DNA of 61,610 bases from Candidatus Woesearchaeota archaeon (GCA_018303485.1 JAGVYC010000008.1:1-61610); one strand, 5' to 3'. Positions 19,064 through 27,780 are shown, counted from the stretch's first letter. Notes: generated from the letters alone by a model not told the origin. Program-made: numbers and translations.

Positions 19064-19357
19064 ATGGTAAGTTTGACAAACATTGAACAAACATATAAAC
19101 AACATGAAGAGGAAATAGAAAGGGTGATTATTGAAGCATTAAGAATATCACATGGTGGTTATGCAACGATTGCAGAAATAGCAGCTCATGCAAGGCAAAG
19201 TGATTTGATTGATAGATTTGACGGCTGTCCAGTGCAGTGTGAAATTTATATTGGAAAATGCCTTTCAGATTTGCTTAAGAGCAATGAAATCGAAGAATTA
19301 AGAGGTAAAGGAAACAATGGAGTTAAGGGCGATAAGTCATATATGATGAAGAAATAA
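19064..19357 (+). CDS. small hypothetical protein (wHTH-like) inserted between tRNA-Leu and rpl18e
   Basis: Strong SD-like GGGAGG lies 6 nt upstream, and the stop is 1 nt before the rpl18e ATG. IIEALRISHGGYATIAEIAAHA looks like a helix-turn-helix. Confidence 0.5.
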   Translation: MVSLTNIEQTYKQHEEEIERVIIEALRISHGGYATIAEIAAHARQSDLIDRFDGCPVQCEIYIGKCLSDLLKSNEIEELRGKGNNGVKGDKSYMMKK

Positions 19358-19358
19358 A

Positions 19359-19721
19359 ATGGCAAAGCGCACAGGTACCACCAATATTCATTTGCAGGCT
19401 TTAATAAATGATTTAAAGCGTCTGGCAAGCAAGGAAAATATTCCATTATGGAAAAGGCTTGCTTATGAATTGGAAAGGCCATCAAAAAATAGAAGAGAAG
19501 TAAGCATAGGCAAGATAAACAGATATGTCCGAGAAAATGAAATAGCATTAATTCCAGGAAAAGTCTTGTCTAACGGGGATCTTACAAAGAAGCTGACAGT
19601 TGCTGCTTTCAACTTTTCTGAAAAGGCAAAAGAAAAAATAAACAAAATGGGCAAGGCAATAACAATAAAAGAATTAATAAAAACAAGCCCGAAAGGAAAA
19701 AGAATAAGGATGATTTGCTAA
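19359..19721 (+). CDS. rpl18e: 50S ribosomal protein L18e
   Basis: KRTGTTNIHLQALINDLKR..PLWKRLAYELERPSKNRREV is the typical L18e N-terminus. Conserved operon position. Confidence 0.9.
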   Translation: MAKRTGTTNIHLQALINDLKRLASKENIPLWKRLAYELERPSKNRREVSIGKINRYVRENEIALIPGKVLSNGDLTKKLTVAAFNFSEKAKEKINKMGKAITIKELIKTSPKGKRIRMIC

Positions 19722-19722
19722 G

Positions 19723-20133
19723 ATGATAATAAATGCCAATAATTTAATCTTGGGAAGGCTGGCAAGCTTTGCTGCAAAACAGGCTTTGCTTGGTGAGAAG
19801 ATAGAGATTGTAAACTCAGAAGAAACCGTTATAATCGGTAGCAAGAAGGTCATATATGCAAAATATGATGAAAAAATAAAAAAAGGCAATCCTCATCACG
19901 GTCCGTTTTTCCCAGAAAGGCCTGATAGAATATTAAAAAGAACAATAAAAAACATGCTTCCCTACAAGCAATACAAGGGAAAAAGAGCATTTAAAAACAT
20001 AACGTGCTATCTCGGCATCCCAGAGAATATTAAAGAAAATAATGCTATAACAGTAGAAAGTGCAAAATTAAAGGAGACAGCTATTAAGTATATAAAATTG
20101 AAAGAGCTTATTCGTTTGTTAAAGCAAAAATAA
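19723..20133 (+). CDS. rpl13: 50S ribosomal protein L13 (uL13)
   Basis: INANNLILGRLAS and the operon position after L18e. Confidence 0.9.
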   Translation: MIINANNLILGRLASFAAKQALLGEKIEIVNSEETVIIGSKKVIYAKYDEKIKKGNPHHGPFFPERPDRILKRTIKNMLPYKQYKGKRAFKNITCYLGIPENIKENNAITVESAKLKETAIKYIKLKELIRLLKQK

Positions 20134-20134
20134 A

Positions 20135-20530
20135 ATGAAAATAATTAACACATCTGGAAAGAGAAAGAGAGCAATAGCACGAGCTACATTAAAGGAAGGC
20201 AAGGGCATAGTAAGGATAAACTCTCAGCTTCTTGATATATACCAACCAGAATTGGCTAAAATGCGGATTATGGAGCCGTTGGTCTTAAGCGGCAATGATT
20301 TTATTTCAAAATTTGATATTAATGTAAATGTTTATGGTGGTGGCTGGCAAGCTCAATCAGAAGCATCAAGGTTGGCTATAGCAAGGGCATTGGCACAGGC
20401 AAATCCTAATCTAAAAAAGGTGTTTCTTGAGTATGATAGGCAGCTTATAATTGCCGATGTTAGGCGTAACGAGCCCCATAAACCCAATGATTCTAAGCCA
20501 AGGGCAAAAAGGCAGAAGAGCTATCGTTGA
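20135..20530 (+). CDS. rps9: 30S ribosomal protein S9 (uS9)
   Basis: GKRKRAIARATL, GGGWQAQSEASRLAIARAL, and a C-terminal RAKRQKSYR. Confidence 0.9.
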   Translation: MKIINTSGKRKRAIARATLKEGKGIVRINSQLLDIYQPELAKMRIMEPLVLSGNDFISKFDINVNVYGGGWQAQSEASRLAIARALAQANPNLKKVFLEYDRQLIIADVRRNEPHKPNDSKPRAKRQKSYR

Positions 20531-20640
20531 GATCATTTTTTTTAAATATCTGTACTTTTTCTTTATTTTAAAAGAGCCAAAATAGAAATTAACTTGCTTT
20601 TAAGTCCTATAAACAATATTCTAGTTATGTATTTTATAAT

Positions 20641-21204
20641 CTATATTTTGCCAACTAAATCCAATCCTGGCTTTAATGTCTTGCTTCCAGGGCTCCAGCT
20701 TGCAGGGCATACTTCTCCTTTATGCTCCTTTACAAATTTAGCTGCCTGCAATTTTCTTAATAATTCCCTTGTACTTCTCCCTATGCTGTTATCGTGCATT
20801 TCAAAAGCTTTCAATATTCCATCTGGATCTATGATAAAACTTCCTCTTAAAGAAAGCCCTTCTTCATCAATATAAGTTCCAAATTCCCTGCACAGCTTTC
20901 CAGTAGGATCAGCAACCATTGGGAATTCAATCCTTTTAATCGCATTTGAATTGTCATGCCATGCCTTATGGACAAAAACAGTATCAGTGCTTATGCTCAA
21001 GATTTCAGCATTTAACTTTTGAAACTCTGAATAATAATCTGCAGCTTCTTCTAATTCAGTAGGGCATATGAATGTAAAATCAGCAGGATAAAATATTAGT
21101 ATCAGCCATTTTCCTTTGTAGCCTGACAGCTTTATCTTTTTTATTTTCTCTTTATGAAACGCTTCAACTTCAAAGTCTATAATTTTTTGTCCAATTTTTA
21201 TCAT
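20641..21204 (-). CDS. 2-Cys peroxiredoxin (AhpC/TSA family)
   Basis: Peroxidatic FTFICPTE and resolving VCPASW motifs. Confidence 0.9.
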   Translation of the reverse strand: MIKIGQKIIDFEVEAFHKEKIKKIKLSGYKGKWLILIFYPADFTFICPTELEEAADYYSEFQKLNAEILSISTDTVFVHKAWHDNSNAIKRIEFPMVADPTGKLCREFGTYIDEEGLSLRGSFIIDPDGILKAFEMHDNSIGRSTRELLRKLQAAKFVKEHKGEVCPASWSPGSKTLKPGLDLVGKI

Positions 21205-21324
21205 TTTGCTCTCTTTCTAAATGTAGAAAAATAAATGACTCTATTTAAATATTTTTATTCTACAAAATATCACTCAAAAACCAATTCAGAAAGCTTTAAA
21301 AACCTAATTTTGGTGAAAAGTCTT

Positions 21325-21519
21325 ATGATAATTCCAATTCGTTGCATGAGCTGCGGAAAGCCAGTAGCACATCTTTGGGAGGAATTCCAGGAGAAGATAA
21401 AGGCCGAGGACAAAAAGAAAGTTCTTGATGAATTAGGCTTGGAAAGGTACTGCTGCAGGGCATTGTTCATGGGCCATATAGACCTGATTGACACAATAAT
21501 GCAGTTCAAAAAAGCCTGA
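21325..21519 (+). CDS. rpoN: RNA polymerase subunit Rpo10/RpoN
   Basis: MIIPIRCMSCGKPV ... YCCRALFMGHIDL zinc-bundle signature. The start is at the internal ATG 21325 of ORF 21235-21519. Confidence 0.85.
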   Translation: MIIPIRCMSCGKPVAHLWEEFQEKIKAEDKKKVLDELGLERYCCRALFMGHIDLIDTIMQFKKA

Positions 21520-22078
21520 TTATTTCATTCCAATTATAAACTCTTTTTACTTTGCCTGCTTCTTTATACTCTCTATTCCAAGGGCAGTCCATTAGCAGGG
21601 TTTCAATGCCTTCTTTAGCACATTCATCAGCATATTCTGCTCTGTCTTCTATCATTGCATCTAATCTTAGCATCCTGCATATATCTGATTTTTTAAGGCT
21701 TTTTCCAGCAATAACATTGTCATCTGTAAACTCAATTCCTTTAAAGTGTTTTGAGAAATAACGATCTAACCACTTTATTGTATCAACCCTAACAACATTT
21801 TCCCTTGATGTAACTATGTACAAATCACCCCTGCCTTTTAGATATTCAACGCCATCAATGCTTCCGTCTATTGGCTTGATATTCTTGAAAAAACTGCTCT
21901 TGTAAAAACCATATACAAGATTAATCATAAAATTTCTTTCAACACCAAATACTTTCCACAAGTCATAATGCCTTATATTCTCCCTTTTATAGTCAGTTTT
22001 AAACCCTAGATTGTAATATTTTAGAAACTGTTCAATAAACCCAGCTAAAACTTCATCTAAATCAAATCCTATTTTCAT
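21506..22078 (-). CDS. HAD-superfamily 5'(3')-deoxyribonucleotidase-like phosphatase
   Basis: MKIGFDLDEVLAGF (DxDxV nucleophile motif) at the ATG 22078. LYIVTSR and a late D-rich motif. The upstream 27 codons of the track ORF look non-coding. Confidence 0.6.
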   Translation of the reverse strand: MKIGFDLDEVLAGFIEQFLKYYNLGFKTDYKRENIRHYDLWKVFGVERNFMINLVYGFYKSSFFKNIKPIDGSIDGVEYLKGRGDLYIVTSRENVVRVDTIKWLDRYFSKHFKGIEFTDDNVIAGKSLKKSDICRMLRLDAMIEDRAEYADECAKEGIETLLMDCPWNREYKEAGKVKRVYNWNEIIRLF

Positions 22079-22131
22079 CCCAACAACAGAATCCGCAACA
22101 TATAAAAACATTATCAAATTATAGAACATAC

Positions 22132-22599
22132 ATGAGAGACGATAACTTATTGGCAACAAGGCTTAACCAAATATGGCAGATGCTTTTTCCAGAGGTAGAA
22201 AGAAAAAACAACATTATAATCAGGTTTAAAGGCAGGTGGAAGAACAAATTCGGCCACATAAAACTGCTGAGAAGCAAGGAGACAGAGATAGCAGTAAACT
22301 CTCATTTTAAAAATGAAGCCATACCAGAATATCTAATTGATATAACAATAGCCCATGAACTGGTTCATTACATGCATGGTTTTAATTCCCCATTGGAGAG
22401 AAGATTCAAGCACCCCCATAAAGGCAATATCGTTAACCGTGAACTTATAGCAAGAGGCTTTGGCAGTATGTTAAAAAAAGAAAAAGAATTCATAAAGAAT
22501 GAATGGCATGGATTCATAAAAAACAACCATAAAGAAAAAAATTTCAGCAGGAATCCTTTTACAATTCGAAAGTTTTTTAAATCTCTAATGCAAAATTAA
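22132..22599 (+). CDS. HExxH metallopeptidase-like protein (SprT/DUF45-like)
   Basis: DITIAHELVHYMHG zinc motif in a ~150-aa protein with the family-typical upstream R-F-K-G-R-W-K-N-K-F-G segment. Confidence 0.45.
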   Translation: MRDDNLLATRLNQIWQMLFPEVERKNNIIIRFKGRWKNKFGHIKLLRSKETEIAVNSHFKNEAIPEYLIDITIAHELVHYMHGFNSPLERRFKHPHKGNIVNRELIARGFGSMLKKEKEFIKNEWHGFIKNNHKEKNFSRNPFTIRKFFKSLMQN

Positions 22600-22603
22600 T
22601 TTT

Positions 22604-23227
22604 ATGAAAAAGCATGATGTTTATGAATTTATAATCTCTATATCAAAAGAAATCTCAAAAAAAAGAGAAGGCGCTTTGTTTGTAATAGCAAATACTAAGA
22701 GATTAAATAACAAATACAGCCTGCTATTTCCACAGATACAGAAAAAATTTTATATATCAGAAAAAGGCTCAGAAAAAATAATTGAAAAATTAGCAACATT
22801 AGACGGCGCTGTTTTAATCTCAGATTCTGGCATGCTTCTTGCTTACGGTGCTAAATTAAAAAGATCTATTCCGGTAAGGGGTCATGGCACAAAACATGCA
22901 GCAGCTGCAGGCACAACAAGTAGCATAAAAGAGGCAACTGCAATTCTAGTTAGCGAGGAAGACAGCTTAATCAAGATTTTTCAGCACGGCAAAATAATAC
23001 TTGAAATGGACTCTTACGAAAACCCAAAATCTCTTGAAGACAAAATAATAGCTTTCATTTCAGAGGGTGATACAGCATTATTGACAGCAGCAGGGGTTTC
23101 AACAGTTTTTCTTGGAAGCGCAGCTATAGCACCCTTGGCAATTGTTGGCGGTACTTATTTAGCTATAAGAACAGCTGGTGGCATAATAAAAAGGAACTGG
23201 GAATCATTGGTTAAGAAAAAGCATTAG
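22604..23227 (+). CDS. diadenylate cyclase (DAC/DisA_N) domain protein with a C-terminal hydrophobic segment
   Basis: REGALFVI, LDGAVLISDSG, GHGTKHAAAAG (variant of GTRHRAA) and ILVSEEDSLI match the DAC motifs in order. The C-terminus is ALLTAAGVSTVFLGSAAIAPLAIVGGTYLAI. Confidence 0.7.
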   Translation: MKKHDVYEFIISISKEISKKREGALFVIANTKRLNNKYSLLFPQIQKKFYISEKGSEKIIEKLATLDGAVLISDSGMLLAYGAKLKRSIPVRGHGTKHAAAAGTTSSIKEATAILVSEEDSLIKIFQHGKIILEMDSYENPKSLEDKIIAFISEGDTALLTAAGVSTVFLGSAAIAPLAIVGGTYLAIRTAGGIIKRNWESLVKKKH

Positions 23228-23535
23228 CATTGTTTCTTTTTCCAAAATGGTATTCTTGTATACTTCTTGCAATTAAAACAGTAGGTTAGCACAATTTTTT
23301 TGTTTATTCTTGTCTGGCAGTTAACACCATGCTTTAAGTAGCTATAGCAGTGTTTGCAGTATTTTCTTTTGAATTTTCTAGGCATCCTTAGCTTTATTTT
23401 CATTGCTATCTTTCTTGCTAGTTCAACATACCTGTTTGCCAGCTTTGGATTTTTCTTAAATATTTCATCAGCTTCACTAAAAAGAATTTCTATCCTTTCA
23501 TTTGCTATCCTTGTTTGTTTTGCTTTGTTTTCCAT
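23224..23535 (-). CDS. rnp4: RNase P protein component 4 (Rpp21/Rpr2)
   Basis: ANERIEILFSEA ... LANRYVELARKI followed by the zinc ribbon CKHCYSYL ... CFNCKKY. Confidence 0.8.
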   Translation of the reverse strand: MENKAKQTRIANERIEILFSEADEIFKKNPKLANRYVELARKIAMKIKLRMPRKFKRKYCKHCYSYLKHGVNCQTRINKKIVLTYCFNCKKYTRIPFWKKKQC

Positions 23536-23587
23536 AAAGATAAAGAATTAATGTGATTTTAAAAACCTTTGTCTGGAAAAATAAAGT

Positions 23588-23698
23588 GGACAGCTAACCA
23601 ATCTTCCCACATAAAATGCAGTACCAATTGGAACGTGTACCTGTTTAACTGCTGTGTTCGAGATGGGAACAGGTGGAACCAGGTAGCTATGGCCGTCC
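23588..23698 (-). rRNA. rrf: 5S ribosomal RNA (unlinked to 16S/23S)
   Basis: The reverse strand reads GGACGGCCATAGCTACCTGGTTCCACCTGTTCCCATCTCGAACACAGCAGTTAAACAGGTACACGTTCCAATTGGTACTG...GGGAAGATTGGTTAGCTGTCC. It shows the 5S hallmarks CCATAGC, CCCATCTCGAAC, AGTTAAAC and GTACTG, with helix I GGACGGC/GCTGTCC and a T-run after the 3' end. Confidence 0.85.
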
Positions 23699-23793
23699 TA
23701 TTGAAATTCATTAAGATTCTATTTATAAGCCTTTTGTTGAAGTCAGTTGTTCACGAAGTACAAAAGTGGGAACCGAATCATCTAAACTGGCTT

Positions 23794-24675
23794 CTAGATA
23801 AGCCTCATTTCCAGAACCTTTTGCTCCATCGCACATATCTTTTTCAAAAATTCTGGCGGAGTATTTTCTCTAAAAAGTTTTGAATCTATTGGCTCAAAAA
23901 ACAATTTACGCCTTTTCATCAGGTGCTCATACAAACTGTCCCTGTCGCTATTGTAACCATCTAGTTTTGCAGGATTATTGTAACCATCTAGTTTTGCAGG
24001 ATCAGAAACAAGCGGTTGTTTGCCAGAAATGCATTTAATAATGCTCTTCACATATTCAATTTTCCTAAAAATTATTGGATTATGCACATAATGCTCCTTA
24101 AGCTTTGGACCAAATTCCAAAACCAGCGCCATGGTTTCTGAAAAACTTTCTTCCGGGTGTATTGGTTTTTGCATATATTCATAGAGTGTGACTAGATTAT
24201 TTTCGTATATTTCTCTTTCTGGTCCTTTTATATCATTGAAAGCTTTAAGAAAAACAGAGTCACCACCAAATTTTATGCCATCGTCATCGTTCACCGGCAG
24301 GTCATAGTCGCCAAATGCAATATAAAAGTCCTCTCTTTTATATAGTTCAAAGCCATTCATCACCCAATGCCCATACTCATGTGGCAGGATTTTGCCTTCT
24401 TCATTTGGTTCTGGCTGAAAGATACTTTTAAGCATATACAACAATTCATTTCTTTTAGAAAAATGTGTTTCTATTTCTGTGCAATCGCATTGGTTTAATG
24501 AGGAGTACACAATATTTGGTTTAGGCAGACCATATTTTTCTAATAATCCGAAAAAGCTGGTTTTAGCATTAGTTACAAAATCAGGAGGATTTTCTTCTAG
24601 TTCATCAATGTCATAAACCTTCTTTGATAAGGTCTGCTCTATTGTCCTATAACCATTTGGTGATATTATTTGCAT
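23794..24675 (-). CDS. hypothetical HExxH protein (putative zinc metallopeptidase) with an internal 9-aa tandem duplication
   Basis: LPHEYGHWV motif and a duplicated PAKLDGYN(N/S) segment. Confidence 0.5.
   Translation of the reverse strand: MQIISPNGYRTIEQTLSKKVYDIDELEENPPDFVTNAKTSFFGLLEKYGLPKPNIVYSSLNQCDCTEIETHFSKRNELLYMLKSIFQPEPNEEGKILPHEYGHWVMNGFELYKREDFYIAFGDYDLPVNDDDGIKFGGDSVFLKAFNDIKGPEREIYENNLVTLYEYMQKPIHPEESFSETMALVLEFGPKLKEHYVHNPIIFRKIEYVKSIIKCISGKQPLVSDPAKLDGYNNPAKLDGYNSDRDSLYEHLMKRRKLFFEPIDSKLFRENTPPEFLKKICAMEQKVLEMRLI
23950..24003. repeat. 2 x 27-bp perfect tandem duplication inside the CDS
   Basis: ATTGTAACCATCTAGTTTTGCAGGATT is repeated head to tail; only the last base differs. 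Confidence 0.9.
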
Positions 24676-24787
24676 TTGTCGTTAGACTGGATTTTTTAAA
24701 AAGGCTCAATTTATAAATTTTATCCTGTATGCAAATAATGAACAACAACATAAAAGCTTATATAAACAAAGAAAAAAATATAATACA

Positions 24788-25969
24788 ATGGCATGTTATT
24801 CCCATTCAAGAATTGAAACATTCAAGCAATGCAAGTACAAGTACAAGCTCCAGTACATAGACAAGGTAAAAGTTGAGACCCCTACAACAATAGAGATGTT
24901 CATGGGAAATATTGTGCATAAAACACTTGAAAAGTTATACCTTGATATGCAATATGGAAAGTCAGCAGAGCTAAAAGAGTTGCTTGATTTCTTCAGAAGA
25001 ACATGGGAAAATGAATATTCTGAAGACATATTGATAGCAAAAAAGGAAAATTCTGCTGAAAACTACAAAAATATTGGGGAAATGTACATGACAAATTACT
25101 ACAGCCATTACAAGCCATTCAACCAGATGACAATAATAGGCCTGGAGACAAAAGACAGGATGCTTCTGCCAGATGGGAACCATTACAGCATCAGAATTGA
25201 CAAGCTGGCATGCCAAGATGATATATATTATGTTTGTGATTATAAAACAAACTTAAGGCTAAAAAACCAGGAAGAAGCTGACACAGACAGGCAGCTTGCA
25301 ATGTACTCAATATGGGTAAAGAATAAATTTCAAGATGCAAGAAAGGTTGTCTTGCTGTGGCACATGCTTGCTTTCAACAAGGAAATTAAATCTGAAAGGA
25401 CAGATGAACAGCTTAAAATATTGCAGGAAGAGACAACAAGGCTGATAAAAAACATTGAAGAAGAGAATTTATTTCCAACAACTGTCACGAAGCTATGCAA
25501 TTACTGCATTTACAAGGGCTTATGCCCCTCTTTCAAGCATGAATTTGAGATTGAGCAGAAAACATTAATGGATTTCAAGGAAGATTCAGGCGTAAAGATA
25601 GTTGATAATTTTGCAGAGCTGCAGATGCACAAAAAAGAGATTGAAGACAAGCTTGATGAATTAAGGTCATTGATAATTATGTTTGCAGAGCAGAAAGGAA
25701 TCAATGTTGTATACGGCTCCAACAAGAAGGCATCAATAAAAGAATATGATGCAATAAAAATTCCTTTAAAGCATACAATGGAAAGGGAGAAATTAAACAA
25801 TCTCCTTAAGGAATTAGGCAAATTAGAGGAAGTCCTGGACATTGACATCTATGCATTGCAAAAAACAATAAAAGAAAAGAGATGGAATCAGGAAACACTT
25901 GACAGACTGAACAATTTTGTAAGAATTGAAAGGGCAAAAAGATTGAGCTTGAGCGACAAGAAATTCTAG
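24788..25969 (+). CDS. PD-(D/E)XK nuclease, RecB/Cas4-like with 4-Cys cluster, plus a C-terminal coiled-coil extension
   Basis: N-terminal Cys residues (MACYSH, FKQCKYKY), IRIDKL...VCDYKT (D..D/ExK), QLAMYS (QxxxY), and CNYCIYKGLC (Cx2Cx5C). About 140 further helical residues follow. Confidence 0.75.
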   Translation: MACYSHSRIETFKQCKYKYKLQYIDKVKVETPTTIEMFMGNIVHKTLEKLYLDMQYGKSAELKELLDFFRRTWENEYSEDILIAKKENSAENYKNIGEMYMTNYYSHYKPFNQMTIIGLETKDRMLLPDGNHYSIRIDKLACQDDIYYVCDYKTNLRLKNQEEADTDRQLAMYSIWVKNKFQDARKVVLLWHMLAFNKEIKSERTDEQLKILQEETTRLIKNIEEENLFPTTVTKLCNYCIYKGLCPSFKHEFEIEQKTLMDFKEDSGVKIVDNFAELQMHKKEIEDKLDELRSLIIMFAEQKGINVVYGSNKKASIKEYDAIKIPLKHTMEREKLNNLLKELGKLEEVLDIDIYALQKTIKEKRWNQETLDRLNNFVRIERAKRLSLSDKKF

Positions 25970-26012
25970 CAATTTGCAAAACTTTATATAGTTTCTAGCT
26001 GATTAGAATAAT

Positions 26013-26219
26013 ATGTCAAAAAGGAAAGAGGTAAATATCTTAATTGACAGCAGGGCATATAATTTCCTGAAGACAAGAGCGCAGAAGAATTTCATAACTG
26101 TTTCTGAATTGATATCTGAAATACTAAGAAGAAGCATAGTGTCATACAAGAAGAACAAGCAAACTTCATCAGGAAAATCAGATGACAAGTTCATAGAATA
26201 TTTCAGCAGGAGGAGATAA
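26013..26219 (+). CDS. ribbon-helix-helix (CopG-like) small DNA-binding protein
   Basis: VNILIDSRAYNFLKTRAQKNFITVSELISEILRRS fits a beta-strand followed by two helices. A TATA-like CTTTATATAG lies about 25 nt upstream. Confidence 0.5.
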   Translation: MSKRKEVNILIDSRAYNFLKTRAQKNFITVSELISEILRRSIVSYKKNKQTSSGKSDDKFIEYFSRRR

Positions 26220-26220
26220 A

Positions 26221-26499
26221 ATGGATGCATTATTGTTAGCAGGGTTGCTTGGTGCTGTTGGCGGATTGACAAGGGGATTAATAGGATTGCTAAAGGCACT
26301 TGCATTGAAGAGAAGAATAATCTGGCAGTACTGGCTTATTACTGTGTCAATAGCATTAATCATAGGATTGTTCGTAGGCATAATATTTGATTTTGATTAC
26401 AGGTTAAGCCTATTGGCGGGCTATGCAGGCACTGACATCTTGGAAGGCATTTACAAAAGCTTCAAGGTACAGAAATTGTATATTGCACCAAGAAGATGA
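26221..26499 (+). CDS. small membrane protein (2-3 TM)
   Basis: Gly/Leu-rich hydrophobic segments. The start is 2 nt after the RHH stop and the end overlaps the next gene by 4 nt. Confidence 0.45.
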   Translation: MDALLLAGLLGAVGGLTRGLIGLLKALALKRRIIWQYWLITVSIALIIGLFVGIIFDFDYRLSLLAGYAGTDILEGIYKSFKVQKLYIAPRR

Positions 26500-26939
26500 A
26501 CAAGCTTGAAACTTTCTTTTTTATTTTGCTGTTGTTTCTTGCTGTTGGTTGCTCTGAGAATAAAATAGAAGATGGCTGCAAGTATGCTTCTAAAATTATT
26601 GATGGCGATACTTTTGTTATTTCTACAGGAGAGCATGTAAGGCTTATTGGAATAAATGCCCCTGAAAAAGGAAAGCAATATTCTAAATTAGCAGCAGAAG
26701 AGCTTACAAATCTTGTTTCATCCAAATGCCTTATATTTGAAAAAGATATTTCAGACAAAGATGCTTATGGCAGGCTGTTAAGGTATGTGTATGCTGACAA
26801 TGAATCTATAAATGAAATTTTGATTAGAAAAGGGTTAGCAAAACAATTCCCATATAAGCCAGATATAAAATATGCTGATAAATTCAATGAATCAGAAGCT
26901 TATGCAAAAACTAATAATCTTGGAATGTGGGCGAGATAA
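26496..26939 (+). CDS. secreted thermonuclease (staphylococcal nuclease homologue), lipoprotein-like
   Basis: Signal with LAVGCS. IIDGDTFVISTGEHVRLIGINAPE and YGRLLRYVY are SNase core motifs. Confidence 0.8.
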   Translation: MNKLETFFFILLLFLAVGCSENKIEDGCKYASKIIDGDTFVISTGEHVRLIGINAPEKGKQYSKLAAEELTNLVSSKCLIFEKDISDKDAYGRLLRYVYADNESINEILIRKGLAKQFPYKPDIKYADKFNESEAYAKTNNLGMWAR

Positions 26940-26942
26940 TTC

Positions 26943-27380
26943 TTATGGCAAATCATCTGGGCAAGAAACTACATCACCCTCTTCATTGATGTCTACATAA
27001 CCTTCATAAAGTTGCTTGTTTCTAAAATAATCCTTAATATAATTTAGATGCCTTGCCCCTGCTTTTTGAGTGCCGGAGGTTTGCACCTGCTGTTCATATC
27101 TTTTAATCCTTCTTTGTACTGAAAGGTAATTGTTTAAAAATGCAGAGCCTATTCTGACCTGCTCTGATTGTTCTAATTCCCTGCAACTGTCTAAAGTCTT
27201 TTCAAGATCAAGCCTTTCTTTGCCTATTTTTTTGAGGTTTTTAGTGCCGTGCTTAACAAGCAGTTCTGCTTTACCTGTTATATCAGAAAAACAATCGTAA
27301 ATCCTTATGCCAGATTCATCTATGTCATGTACAAATCTTACTGCTTTCTCATAATCAATGTTTTCTACTCTTTTTGCCAT
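26943..27380 (-). CDS. hypothetical protein
   Basis: Clean 145-aa ORF with an upstream AT-rich region. No motif recognised. Confidence 0.4.
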   Translation of the reverse strand: MAKRVENIDYEKAVRFVHDIDESGIRIYDCFSDITGKAELLVKHGTKNLKKIGKERLDLEKTLDSCRELEQSEQVRIGSAFLNNYLSVQRRIKRYEQQVQTSGTQKAGARHLNYIKDYFRNKQLYEGYVDINEEGDVVSCPDDLP

Positions 27381-27441
27381 ACTAACAGGCTATTTTTATT
27401 ATTTATAAACCTTTCTATTTTATTTACTAATAAGTAACAAA

Positions 27442-27780
27442 TTAAAGCAGTTTTAAGCCCTTTGTAATCTTGTCTACCTTTTCATCATCATCAGGCCCAA
27501 CAGCCATGCATGTAACAGTTGGTTTTTTAAAAACAGTCAAGCCAGCATCAGTTATCAATGCTGTTACTAATCCAACATCTTCAGCCATCTTCTTGAATTT
27601 AATCAGTTCTCTTTTATCCTCAACTTTTAATGCGATCTTCTTCATGCCTTCATTATGCCATTCTTCAACAATATTTTTATCAGATTTTAAAACAGATTCA
27701 ACAGAGGCATGAGCACACTGAATTGATAGTTTTCCCTTTTCCATCTTTAAGTCCTTTCTAACTAAAATGCATTGTTTCAC
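27442..27780 (-). CDS. pth2: peptidyl-tRNA hydrolase, archaeal type (Pth2)
   Basis: KQCILVRKDLKM.KGKLSIQCAHASV and ITDAGLTVFKKPTVTCMAVGP. Confidence 0.85.
   Translation of the reverse strand: MKQCILVRKDLKMEKGKLSIQCAHASVESVLKSDKNIVEEWHNEGMKKIALKVEDKRELIKFKKMAEDVGLVTALITDAGLTVFKKPTVTCMAVGPDDDEKVDKITKGLKLL

Noticed and set aside
23569-23883. 104-aa ORF on the + strand
   Set aside because: It is antisense to the 5S rRNA gene and to the 3' end of the HExxH gene. It has no start context and the 5S call explains the region.
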